Of a stretch of DNA of 41,540 nucleotides, positions 21,416-29,590 are shown piece by piece. This stretch comes from Gaiellales bacterium. Lineage in GTDB: Bacteria > Actinomycetota > Thermoleophilia > Gaiellales > JAICJC01. Under the pieces are notes generated by a model, which searched no databases, had not been told where the DNA came from, and saw only the letters and a list, made by a program, of their open reading frames with translations. Position numbers and translations under genes: made by a program. Where the stretch lies: assembly GCA_035537835.1 (NCBI GenBank), contig DATLLN010000118.1, forward strand, positions 1 to 41,540, written 5' to 3'. The first letter of the stretch is position 1; every line of letters starts with the position of its first letter.

Positions 21416-23066
21416 CGATCGCCCGGGCGTGACGGCGCGCGGCCGCGTCGCCCTCGTCGGCGCCGAGCATCCGCGCGACCTCGTCCACGACCTCGCGGTC
21501 GCGGAGCCGGACGATGCGCGTCGCAGTCGGGTCGCCTGGCAGCTTCTCGACGCGGAAGTGCGCGTCGGCCTGCGCGGCGATCTGCGGCAGGTGCGTGATG
21601 CACAGCAGCTGTGCGCTGGCGGCCAGCGCCTTCAGCTTCTCACCGACGGCATTGGCCGTGCGGCCGCCGACCCCGGCGTCGACCTCGTCCAGCAGCAGCG
21701 TTGCCGGACCGCCGCCGCTGCGGGCGGCCACGCGGATGGCCAGCGCGATCCGCGACAGCTCGCCGCCCGACGCAGTCTGCGACAGCGGCGCAGCGGGCAA
21801 CCCGGGGTTGGCGGCGATCAGCAGCGTCAGGGCGTCCGTCCCCCGCGCGCCCATGTCGGCCGGCTTCAGCGCGGGCTCGAGCTTCGCGTCCTCCATGCCC
21901 AGGTCGGCCAGCTCCGACTCGACGTCGCGCGTGAACCGCGGCAGCGCCGACGCCCGGGCGCGGGACATCTTGGCCGCGGCGGCCTTGGCACGGCGCTCCG
22001 CGGCCTCGACCTCGGACTGCAGCTCGGCCAGCCGCCCGCCGTCGCCGTCGAGCTGCCGCAGCGCGGCCTGCGCGTCGGCCGCCAGCTCGACCACGCCGTC
22101 GATCGACAGCCCGTGGCGGCGCTCCAGCTCACCGAACGCCGCCAGGCGGTCCTCGATCCAGTCCAGCCGCGCCGGGTCTGCCTCGAGCTCGTCGAGGTAC
22201 GACCGCAGTTCGATGGCTGCCTCCTGCAGCCGCTCGCCGGCGTCGCGCAGCTCGCCGGCCGTGGCCGCCAGCCGGGGCTCGATCTCCTCCACGCCGCCGA
22301 CCAGCTCCGCCGCGCGGCCGGCCAGCAGCTGCGCGCCGTCGCCGTCGTCGGGATTGAGCAACTGGAGCGCATCGCCGGCCGCGGCGCGGAGGTCGTCGAG
22401 GTGGCGCAGCCGCTGCCGCTCCTCCGACAGCCGGTCGCGCTCCCCCGACTCGGGCGCCAGCGCGGCGATCGCCTCGACCAGCCCCTCCAGCTCCGACCGC
22501 CGCCGCTCGGCGTCGCGCGTCGCCTCGCGCTGCCGCTCGAGCTCCGCGCGGCACGCCCGCAGGGCCGACCATGCGTCGGCCATCGCCCGCCGCGCCGGCG
22601 CGAGATCGGCGTAGTCGTCGAGCAGGTCGAGCGCGTGGCCCGGACGCGCCATCCGCCGCGCCTCGTGCTGGGACGAGATCTCCAGCAGGCGCTCGCCGAT
22701 CGCCTGCAGGTCGGCGCGGGCGCATGACCGGCCCCAGACCAGCGCACGGCTGCGGCCGGCGCGCGAGAGCCGGCGGGCGACGACCAGCGTGTCCTCGCCC
22801 TCGGGCCGCAGCGCGGCGACCGCCTCCAGCGAGTCGTCGGCGAAGAACTCCTCGGGCACCGCGAACTCCGCCTCGACGTACGACTCGTCTCCATGGGCGC
22901 CGACCATCTCGGCGGCCGGCTGCACGCCCGCGATCAGCCCGATCGCCTGCGCCAGCATCGTCTTGCCGGCGCCGGTCTCGCCGGTGAGCACGTTGAGGCC
23001 GGGGTCGAGCTCCAGCTCGGCGTGCTCGATCAGTGCCAGGTTCTCGATGTGGAGGCGCAGCAACAC
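21402..23066 (-). CDS. recN: DNA repair protein RecN
   Basis: The product has LRLHIENLALIEHAELELDPGLNVLTGETGAGKT, a coiled-coil middle and a C-terminal SMC signature (ASGGELSRIALA, LLLDEVDAGVGG). The start was trimmed to the GTG at 23066. The 229 aa upstream are shadow sequence. Confidence 0.92.
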   Translation of the reverse strand: MLLRLHIENLALIEHAELELDPGLNVLTGETGAGKTMLAQAIGLIAGVQPAAEMVGAHGDESYVEAEFAVPEEFFADDSLEAVAALRPEGEDTLVVARRLSRAGRSRALVWGRSCARADLQAIGERLLEISSQHEARRMARPGHALDLLDDYADLAPARRAMADAWSALRACRAELERQREATRDAERRRSELEGLVEAIAALAPESGERDRLSEERQRLRHLDDLRAAAGDALQLLNPDDGDGAQLLAGRAAELVGGVEEIEPRLAATAGELRDAGERLQEAAIELRSYLDELEADPARLDWIEDRLAAFGELERRHGLSIDGVVELAADAQAALRQLDGDGGRLAELQSEVEAAERRAKAAAAKMSRARASALPRFTRDVESELADLGMEDAKLEPALKPADMGARGTDALTLLIAANPGLPAAPLSQTASGGELSRIALAIRVAARSGGGPATLLLDEVDAGVGGRTANAVGEKLKALAASAQLLCITHLPQIAAQADAHFRVEKLPGDPTATRIVRLRDREVVDEVARMLGADEGDAAARRHARAIVKAS

Positions 23067-23109
23067 GGGCCCTGGAGTATGGCTCGCGGGGTGGACGGCA
23101 GCTGGATGT

Positions 23110-23134
23110 AACAACGGGGTCCGACCCCGTTGTT
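23110..23134. repeat. Perfect palindrome/hairpin AACAACGGGGT-CCG-ACCCCGTTGTT
   Basis: The palindrome has an 11-bp stem and a 3-nt loop. It lies 44-68 nt upstream of the recN GTG and shares a 19-nt core with the hairpin at 23149-23171. Confidence 0.7.
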
Positions 23135-23148
23135 GCGCGGCGGCTGTG

Positions 23149-23172
23149 AAAACGGGGTCTGACCCCGTTTTT
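23149..23172 (-). terminator. Hairpin AAAACGGGGTC-T-GACCCCGTTTT with flanking A/T runs (likely intrinsic terminator after nadK)
   Basis: The hairpin starts 5 nt after the nadK stop (23177). On the minus strand the stem is followed by TTTTC, and on the plus strand by TTTTT. Confidence 0.5.
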
Positions 23173-23176
23173 GCAG

Positions 23177-24001
23177 CTACGTCGAGAACGTCTCGCGATA
23201 CCGGCTGAAGAACGACGTGCCCTCGATCCGCGCCAGGCGCGCCCACTCGTCGCCCAGCCGCACCGCGACGCGGCCGCCGGGCGCCACCTCGCGAATCGAG
23301 TGGCCGTCCACGATCACGTTGATCGGGACGTCGACCGTGGCGTTGTCGATCTCCACGAGATGGCCGCGCCCGAGCACCATCGACCGGGCGTGCAGCGAGT
23401 GCGGCGAAACGAATGAGATGACGAACGCGTCCGTGCCCCATGCCATCACCGGGCCGCCGGCCGAGAGGTTGTACGCCGTGGAGCCGGTGGGCGTGGCCAG
23501 GATCGCGCCGTCGCAGCCCAGCTCGCCCATCGGTGCGCCGTCGACGAACCACCGCAGGATCACCATCCGCCCCAGGCTCCCGCTGGACAGGACGATGTCG
23601 TTGACGCCGACGGTCTCGCCGTCCTCTGCGGCCAGCGTCGGCAGCTCGACCACCTCGTAGCGGCCGGTCAGCGCCTTCGCCACGCCGTCCTCGAGATGCG
23701 CGCCGTCGACGCTGGTCAGGAACCCGACGCGGCCGAAGTTGACGCCCAGGCACGGCACCGAGGTGCCCAGGAACCGGTGGAGCGCCCGCAGCGTCGTCCC
23801 ATCGCCGCCCAGCACCACGGCCAGCTCCGCGTCGACGTCGTCAACGATCTCGGCCCCGTGCTCGGCGCACACCCTGCCCAGGCGCTCCAGCGCGTCGCCG
23901 ATCCGGTCGGGCCGGCCGTGGGTGACAACGGCCACCCGCGTCACGGGCCGCGCCTCAGCGGGATCCGACGGCGTGCCTGATTGCTCGGTCGAGGTCGACA
24001 T
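23177..24001 (-). CDS. nadK: NAD(+) kinase
   Basis: NAD kinase motifs are present (VVLGGDGTTLRA, GVNFGRVGFLT, STAYNLSAGGP). The ATG at 24001 overlaps the tlyA 3' end by 47 nt, so an alternative start at Val20 (23944) is possible. Confidence 0.88.
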   Translation of the reverse strand: MSTSTEQSGTPSDPAEARPVTRVAVVTHGRPDRIGDALERLGRVCAEHGAEIVDDVDAELAVVLGGDGTTLRALHRFLGTSVPCLGVNFGRVGFLTSVDGAHLEDGVAKALTGRYEVVELPTLAAEDGETVGVNDIVLSSGSLGRMVILRWFVDGAPMGELGCDGAILATPTGSTAYNLSAGGPVMAWGTDAFVISFVSPHSLHARSMVLGRGHLVEIDNATVDVPINVIVDGHSIREVAPGGRVAVRLGDEWARLARIEGTSFFSRYRETFST

Positions 24002-24752
24002 CCTGATCGGTCGTCTGCGGATGGCCCTCCGACGCCAGCTCCATCAGGAACTCGCGGTTGCCGGCGGGGCCGGGGAGGGAAGAATCGCACACTCCGAGGA
24101 CGGTCACGCCGAGCGCCCGGGCCGCCGATGCGACATCGCGCAGCACCTCGGCGTGCACCTCCGGCTCGCGGACGACGCCCTTGCGGACGCGATCGCGGCC
24201 GGCCTCGAACTGCGGCTTGGCCAGCACGACACCCCGCCATCGCTCGGCCAGGCAGCCGACGACCGCCGGCAGCACCGTCCGCAGCGAGATGAACGACACG
24301 TCGGCCGTGACGAAACCGGCGCGATACGGCAGCAGATCCGGCGCCAGGCTGCGCGCGTTGACGCCGTCCAGCACCGTCACCCGCGGATCGGCGCGCAGCC
24401 GCTCGTGCAGCTGGGCGCGACCGACGTCCACGGCGATCACGTGCTCCGCCCCGTGCTGCAGCAGGCAGTCGGTGAACCCGCCCGTGGACGCCCCGACGTC
24501 GAGGCAGCGCTCGCCCGTCACGTCGATCGCGAACGTGCGAAGCGCCGTCTCCAGCTTCTCGCCGCCGCGCGACACGTACCTGGGCGGCGCCACCACCTCG
24601 ACCAGCTGCTCGTCGCCGACCGGCGTTCCCGCCTTGTCGACGACCGCGCCGTCGACGGTCACCCGCCCCGCCATCACCAGCGCCTGGGCGCGGCTGCGAG
24701 ACTCGGCCAGCCCCAGCTCTGCGACCCGGACGTCGAGGCGCCGGCGGCCCAT
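23955..24752 (-). CDS. tlyA: TlyA family rRNA (cytidine-2'-O)-methyltransferase
   Basis: The product has an S4 domain (RRLDVRVAELGLAESRSRAQALVMAGRVTVDG), VSRGGEKL and a SAM motif (CLDVGASTGGFTDCLL). The start was trimmed to the ATG at 24752. Confidence 0.9.
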   Translation of the reverse strand: MGRRRLDVRVAELGLAESRSRAQALVMAGRVTVDGAVVDKAGTPVGDEQLVEVVAPPRYVSRGGEKLETALRTFAIDVTGERCLDVGASTGGFTDCLLQHGAEHVIAVDVGRAQLHERLRADPRVTVLDGVNARSLAPDLLPYRAGFVTADVSFISLRTVLPAVVGCLAERWRGVVLAKPQFEAGRDRVRKGVVREPEVHAEVLRDVASAARALGVTVLGVCDSSLPGPAGNREFLMELASEGHPQTTDQDVDLDRAIRHAVGSR

Positions 24753-25528
24753 CAGGCCGTCCGCGTGGCGACCATCTGGGTGAGGCCGGCCAGCTCGGCC
24801 GTGTCGCCCGGGATCGCCGCCAGCAGCTCGTCCGCCCGGGCGCGCGACTCCTCGGCAAGCGTTCGCGCACGCTCCATGCCCAGCGTGTTCACGTAGCTCG
24901 GCTCGCCATCGCTGCCCTCGTCCAGGATGTCGTCGACGATCTGGAACAGCAATCCCAGCTCGGCACCGTAGGCGCGGAACGGCCCCGGCTCGGCGCGAGC
25001 GACCAGCGCGCCGCACACCACCGACGCCTCGATCAGGGCGCCGGTCTTGAGCCGGTGGATGCGGATCAGCTCCCGCTCGTCGGGCAGTCCGTCGGCGGTC
25101 ACGTCCAGGTACTGCCCGTCGATCATCCCGGCCACGCCGCGCGCCAGCTCCGAGGTCACCGCGAGCCGTACCTCGGCCGGGGCGTCGAGGCCCTCGGCGA
25201 CCAGCCGCAGCGCGCCGTTCAGCAGCGCGTCCCCCACCAGCACGGCGACCGCCTCCCCGAAGCGGACGTGGCTCGTCGGCTGGCCGCGACGCTCGTCGTC
25301 GTCGTCGAGCGCCGGCAGGTCGTCGTGGACGAGTGAGAACGCGTGCACCATCTCCAGCGCAGCGGCAGCCGGCAGCGCGTCGCGGGGGTCGGCCCCAGCC
25401 GCCCGCGCCGCGGCCAGGCACAGGCGCGGTCGCACGCGCTTGCCGCCCGACAGCAGCGAGTAGCGGATCGCCTCGTCCAGCTCTGGCAGGGCCGAGCCCG
25501 AGACGCCCTGAAGGTACTCCTCGATCAG
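24752..25528 (-). CDS. ispA: Polyprenyl (farnesyl/geranylgeranyl) diphosphate synthase
   Basis: The FARM motif (LVHDDLPALDDDDERRG) and SARM motif (FQIVDDILD) are present. The conserved N-terminal block EAIRYSLLSGGKRVRP lies upstream of the first ATG/GTG/TTG (25435). I therefore place the start at the CTG at 25528, and this start is uncertain. Confidence 0.8.
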   Translation of the reverse strand: MIEEYLQGVSGSALPELDEAIRYSLLSGGKRVRPRLCLAAARAAGADPRDALPAAAALEMVHAFSLVHDDLPALDDDDERRGQPTSHVRFGEAVAVLVGDALLNGALRLVAEGLDAPAEVRLAVTSELARGVAGMIDGQYLDVTADGLPDERELIRIHRLKTGALIEASVVCGALVARAEPGPFRAYGAELGLLFQIVDDILDEGSDGEPSYVNTLGMERARTLAEESRARADELLAAIPGDTAELAGLTQMVATRTA

Positions 25529-25710
25529 GTGGACGGCTGCCGCTGTTCGAGCTCCCCGGCCTGCCGCTCCACCTCGTCCAGCGCCCGCTGCGCGAGCGCG
25601 GTGATCCGCTCCAGCACCTCGGTCGCCGCGTCGGCGTCCAGATCCTCGCGCTCCAGCCGGCCGCGCAGGTCAGCGATCTCGGCCGTCAGTCCTTCGATCT
25701 GCTCGGTCAT
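25525..25710 (-). CDS. xseB: Exodeoxyribonuclease VII small subunit-like protein
   Basis: This is a 61-aa helical acidic protein (LTAEIADLRGRLEREDLDADAATEVLERITALAQRALDEVERQ) with the XseB-like L..LE..DL pattern. It sits immediately upstream of ispA, as in Firmicutes. A GGGGGTGGGG ribosome-binding site is present, and there is an ATGA overlap with nusB. No xseA is present in the window. Confidence 0.5.
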   Translation of the reverse strand: MTEQIEGLTAEIADLRGRLEREDLDADAATEVLERITALAQRALDEVERQAGELEQRQPST

Positions 25711-26108
25711 GTCCCCACCCCCTCGGTTCGGGCGATGTTTCCCAGTATCCCATTCACGAGCGACGCCGCCTCGGGGGACGCGTACCGCTTGGCCAGCGAC
25801 ACCGCCTCGTCGATCGCCACCGCCGGCGGCACCTCCCCGGTGCGCAGCTCGTGGACCGCCAGCCGCAGCACGTTTCGCTCCAGCACCGCCATCCGGTCGG
25901 CGCTCCAGCCGGCCGCCGCCGCGTCGATCAGCCGGTCGAGGTCGCCGCGCTGGTCCCACGCTCCCTCCGCCTGCTCGCGGGAGAACGCGGACACCGGCGA
26001 CCCGTTGTCCCGCTCGTACGCCTCGTACAGCTCCGGGAACGGGCTGTCCAGCAGGTCGCGCTGGTACAACAAGAAGGCCGCCGCACGCCGCTCCTCGCGG
26101 CGGCTCAC
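25707..26108 (-). CDS. nusB: Transcription antitermination factor NusB
   Basis: The 133-aa product from the GTG at 26108 has NusB motifs (RREERRAAAFLLYQ, VLRLAVHEL, AIDEAVSLAKRY, LVNGILGNI). There is a GTGA overlap with the asp23 stop. Confidence 0.88.
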   Translation of the reverse strand: MSRREERRAAAFLLYQRDLLDSPFPELYEAYERDNGSPVSAFSREQAEGAWDQRGDLDRLIDAAAAGWSADRMAVLERNVLRLAVHELRTGEVPPAVAIDEAVSLAKRYASPEAASLVNGILGNIARTEGVGT

Positions 26109-26446
26109 GGCCGGTCCCCCGGCTCGGTGCGGTCGAGCCCGGTCACCGTCACGTCCACGGCACGGACGTTCAGGCCGGTCATCGAGCCGATCGCCGTTGC
26201 GACGCTGCCGCGCACCCGCTCGGCGGTACCCGGCAGCGGCTGCCCGTAGACCACGGCGACGTCCACGTCGAAGCGGATACCCTCGCCGTCCATGCGCCAC
26301 TCGACGGCTCCACGCCGCCCGGGCAGCACGCGGGCGATCCGGCTCGGGCGGTCGAGGCGGGCGCCCTCGACCGTCGCGACGGCGCCGCGCACGATCGACA
26401 CCACCGCGTCATCCGAGAGCACTGCGCCGCGCACCCGCAGGCTCAT
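26105..26446 (-). CDS. Asp23/Gls24 family envelope stress protein
   Basis: The 113-aa product has the family pattern (VSIVRGAVATVEG...VDVAVVYGQPLPGTAERVRGSVATAI...VDVTV). Its position between accC and nusB matches Bacillus yqhY. Confidence 0.85.
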   Translation of the reverse strand: MSLRVRGAVLSDDAVVSIVRGAVATVEGARLDRPSRIARVLPGRRGAVEWRMDGEGIRFDVDVAVVYGQPLPGTAERVRGSVATAIGSMTGLNVRAVDVTVTGLDRTEPGDRP

Positions 26447-27813
26447 GCGACCGCCTGTTCCGACATCGACGCCAGCGACGGTCCCGCCTGCTCGAGATAT
26501 GCGGTCGTGTAGCGCCCGGCGGCGAACGCCGGCTCCTCGATGATCTCCAGAAACAGCTCGCGCGTCGTCGCGACGCCCTCAATCTCGAGCTCGCCCAACG
26601 CCCGGCGCGCCCGGCCCAGCGCCTCGGCGCGGTCGCTGCCGTGCACGATCAGCTTCGCCAGCATCGAGTCGTAGAACGGCGGCACGCGGTAGCCCTCGTA
26701 GGCATGAGTGTCGAACCGTACGCCGGGCCCCAGCGGCGCCGCCAGGTGCGTGACGGTGCCGGCAGCGGGCATGAACCCGCGGCGCGGGTCCTCGCAGTTG
26801 ATCCGGAACTCGATCGCGTGGCCGCGCAGGGGCGCCAGCCCGGTCGCCGGCAGCGACTCGCCGCCCGCGATCCGCAGCTGCCAGCAGGCGATGTCGACGC
26901 CGGTCAGGAGCTCCGACACGGGATGCTCGACCTGCAGCCGCGTGTTCATCTCGATGAAGAAGAACCGCCCCTCGGCGTCCAGCAGGAACTCGACCGTGCC
27001 GGCGTTGACGTAGCTGCAGGCCCGGCACGCCAGCTCCGCTGCCGCCGCCATCTGCGACCGGGTCTCCGGATCGAGCGCCGGCGAGGGCCCCTCCTCGATC
27101 AGCTTCTGATGGCGTCGCTGGATCGAGCAGTCGCGCTCACCCAGCACCAGCACCCCGCCGGCGGCGTCGGCCAGCACCTGCATCTCGACGTGGCGCGGCT
27201 CGACCACCGCCTTTTCGAGGTACATGCCGCCGTCCCCGAACGCCCCCTGGGCTTCGGCGGACGCGGTGCGGTAGGCCTCGTCCAGCTCGTCCGGCGCGTG
27301 CACCAGGCGCATGCCGCGCCCGCCGCCGCCGGCCGCGGCCTTCAGCAGCACGGGGTATCCGACGCCCTCCGCCAGCTCCCGCGCCTCGCCGGCGCCCGAA
27401 AGCCGGTCGGCGCTGCCCGGCACCAGCGGCACGCCGGCGTCGCGCATAGTCCGCTTGGCCGTGCTCTTGTCGCCCATCATCTCGATCGCCTCCGGCCCCG
27501 GACCGACGAACACGAGGTCGTTGTCCTGGCAGGCGCGGACGAAGCCCGCGTTCTCGGCCAGAAAGCCCCATCCCGGGTGGACGGCGTCGCAGCCGGTCGT
27601 CTCGGCCGCGCCGATCAGGTTGCGGACGTTCAGGTAGCTCTCCCCCGGAGGATGCGGACCGACGCACACGGCGCGATCGGCGAGCCGCACCCAGAGGCCA
27701 TCGCGGTCGGCGGTCGAGTAGACCGCCACCGCCTCGATCCCCAGATCGTGGCACGCGCGGACGAGCCTCACCGCTGCCTCCCCGCGGTTCGCGATCAGCA
27801 CCCGCTCGAGCAT
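26443..27813 (-). CDS. accC: Biotin carboxylase
   Basis: The 456-aa product has VLIANRGEAAVRLVRAC, HPGWGFLAENAGF, an ATP-grasp domain and EMNTRLQVEHPVSE. Confidence 0.95.
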   Translation of the reverse strand: MLERVLIANRGEAAVRLVRACHDLGIEAVAVYSTADRDGLWVRLADRAVCVGPHPPGESYLNVRNLIGAAETTGCDAVHPGWGFLAENAGFVRACQDNDLVFVGPGPEAIEMMGDKSTAKRTMRDAGVPLVPGSADRLSGAGEARELAEGVGYPVLLKAAAGGGGRGMRLVHAPDELDEAYRTASAEAQGAFGDGGMYLEKAVVEPRHVEMQVLADAAGGVLVLGERDCSIQRRHQKLIEEGPSPALDPETRSQMAAAAELACRACSYVNAGTVEFLLDAEGRFFFIEMNTRLQVEHPVSELLTGVDIACWQLRIAGGESLPATGLAPLRGHAIEFRINCEDPRRGFMPAAGTVTHLAAPLGPGVRFDTHAYEGYRVPPFYDSMLAKLIVHGSDRAEALGRARRALGELEIEGVATTRELFLEIIEEPAFAAGRYTTAYLEQAGPSLASMSEQAVA

Positions 27814-27817
27814 GGCC

Positions 27818-29590
27818 TCAGGCGGGCTCGAGCTCGAACAGCGGCTGGCCGTACTCGACGGGCTGGGCGTTCTCGACCAGGACGCCCCGGATCACGCCGG
27901 CGTGCTCCGACTTGAACTCGTTGAACAGCTTCATCGCCTCGAGCACGCACAGCGTCTGCCCGACCTCGACCCGATCGCCCTCGGCCACGAAGGCGTCGGC
28001 TGTGGGCGACGGGGACCGGTAGAACGTGCCGACCATCGGCGACTCGATCTTGATCACCGTCGAGACCGATGCCGGCGAGGGCTCGGCGGCCGGTGCTCCC
28101 TCCTGGACGGCGGCGACAGCGACCGGCGGCGCCGCCGGCTGGCGGTCGTCCTGCCGGCGTACCGTGATCTTGACGCCGTGATCCTCGATCGTCAGCTCCC
28201 CGACGCCCGACGTCTCGACCATATCGATCAGCTCGCGGATGCGTGCCGCCTCGCCGCGATCGAAGCCGCCGTCAGTGTGAGTCTCGTCACGGTCGGTGCG
28301 CCCGCGCAGCGCCTCCAGCAGCCGGTTCGCCTCCTCGCCGAACAGCGCAACCAGCAGCAGATCCTCCTCGCTGGCGGCGATGCCCTCGGCGCGCATCCGG
28401 TCGAGGTCGATCGTCTCCGGCGGGGGCGGCTCGACGGCGAACGCCGCCGCCTCCGGCGCCAGCTCGTAGGGCGGCGTGCCGTACACGCCGGACAGGTAGT
28501 CGCGCATCTCGTCCGAGACCTCGGCCCAGCGGCGCGCGGACAACACGTGGAGCACGGCCTGGGCGGCCAGGATGCCGCCCACCGGCTGGGCCAGCGGCGG
28601 CATGCCGCAGTCCATGCGCACCTGCTTGATCTCGTCGAGCACCTCGTCCAGCCGGTCGGGGGCGCCCAGGTAGCGGAGCCGCGCGTCCAGCTCGGCGACC
28701 ATGCCCACCGGCACGCGGTTGAACGCCGTCCGCAGCGTGATCCGCGGCGGGATCGGCGGCGCCGGCATCTGCGACGTGACGTGCTCGTCGATGAACCGGG
28801 AGGCGCGCCACACCTGGTCGACGTCCACGCCGTGCTCGATGCCGAGGCCGGTCAGCCCCTCGCACAACACCTCGGCGGCCACCCGGTGCAGCGTCCACGC
28901 GACCGGATAGCACGCGGTCGCGATCGGCTCGGCGCCGTGCTGCGCGGACTCGATCGCCATCGCCATCGCGTTGCCGCCGGTGCCCTGGCAGTAGAGGCCG
29001 ACCGGGATGCCGGCGGCCTCGCGCAGCTCGTTGATCACCTTGTCGCACGTGCCCGGGTCGAGCGCGCCCGCCGGGTCGTGGAGCAGCACGTGGTCGGCGC
29101 CCAGCTCGGCCAGACGGCGGGCCTTGTCCAGCACCCGCGGCAGGTTGGGCATGGCGCCCGAGAACGCCAGGCCGGCGTACAGCGTGCGGCCCGCCTCGCG
29201 CACCGCGGCCGCCGCCGAGGCCAGGTTCTCGACGTCGTTCAGCGGGTCGTGGAGCCGGAAGATCTCGATGCCGCTCTCGGCGGCGCAGAGGATGAACCGG
29301 CGCACCAAGTCGTCGGGCAGCGGCCGCGAGCCGACCAGGAACCGGCCGCGCAGCGCCATCTGCAACGGCGTGTTGCCACACCGGGCGCGGAGTGCGCGGA
29401 CGCGCTCCCACGGGCTCTCCGAGCCGCGGTTGACGGCCGCCTCGAAGCAGCCGCCGCCGGTCACCTCGAGCGCGCCGAAGCCGGCGCCGTCCAGGATCTC
29501 GGCCACCTCCAGCACACGGGCGGTCGACAGCGTCCCGACGAGCGGGGGCTGGGACAGCAGCCGCAGCGTGGTGTCGACGATCCGGGTCAC
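27818..29590 (-). CDS. Fusion of an OadA/PycB/5S-type carboxyltransferase-like domain (metal-site motifs substituted) with a full-length biotin carboxyl carrier protein
   Basis: The N-terminal roughly 430 aa are collinear with oxaloacetate decarboxylase alpha (PWERVRALRA, TPLQMALRGR, IEIFRLHDPLNDVENL, QPVGGILAAQAVLHVL). The C-terminus has an AccB N-motif (IRELIDMVETSGVGELTIEDHGVKITVRR), a Pro/Ala linker and CVLEAMKLFNEF. The GTG start forms a GTGA overlap with efp, and the stop lies 4 nt upstream of accC. Confidence 0.85.
   Translation of the reverse strand: MTRIVDTTLRLLSQPPLVGTLSTARVLEVAEILDGAGFGALEVTGGGCFEAAVNRGSESPWERVRALRARCGNTPLQMALRGRFLVGSRPLPDDLVRRFILCAAESGIEIFRLHDPLNDVENLASAAAAVREAGRTLYAGLAFSGAMPNLPRVLDKARRLAELGADHVLLHDPAGALDPGTCDKVINELREAAGIPVGLYCQGTGGNAMAMAIESAQHGAEPIATACYPVAWTLHRVAAEVLCEGLTGLGIEHGVDVDQVWRASRFIDEHVTSQMPAPPIPPRITLRTAFNRVPVGMVAELDARLRYLGAPDRLDEVLDEIKQVRMDCGMPPLAQPVGGILAAQAVLHVLSARRWAEVSDEMRDYLSGVYGTPPYELAPEAAAFAVEPPPPETIDLDRMRAEGIAASEEDLLLVALFGEEANRLLEALRGRTDRDETHTDGGFDRGEAARIRELIDMVETSGVGELTIEDHGVKITVRRQDDRQPAAPPVAVAAVQEGAPAAEPSPASVSTVIKIESPMVGTFYRSPSPTADAFVAEGDRVEVGQTLCVLEAMKLFNEFKSEHAGVIRGVLVENAQPVEYGQPLFELEPA

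Noticed and set aside
23067-23176. A canonical LexA/SOS box (CGAAC-N4-GTTCG type) or a RecA-independent promoter motif upstream of recN.
   Set aside because: I could not find either pattern by eye in the spacer. Only the GC-rich twin palindromes are present, and those are reported separately.
23067-23753. N-terminal extensions of ORF-track entries. Examples are recN 23067-23753, glyQ 2901-3269, tag 4179-4457, pyrG 17865-18146, xerD 11272-11706, tlyA 24753-25421 and aroQ 31686-31820.
   Set aside because: The extensions are Arg/Gly-rich and overlap the upstream gene. Conserved family N-termini begin at internal ATG or GTG codons, often with a ribosome-binding site or a 4-nt stop/start overlap, so I trimmed the genes to those starts.
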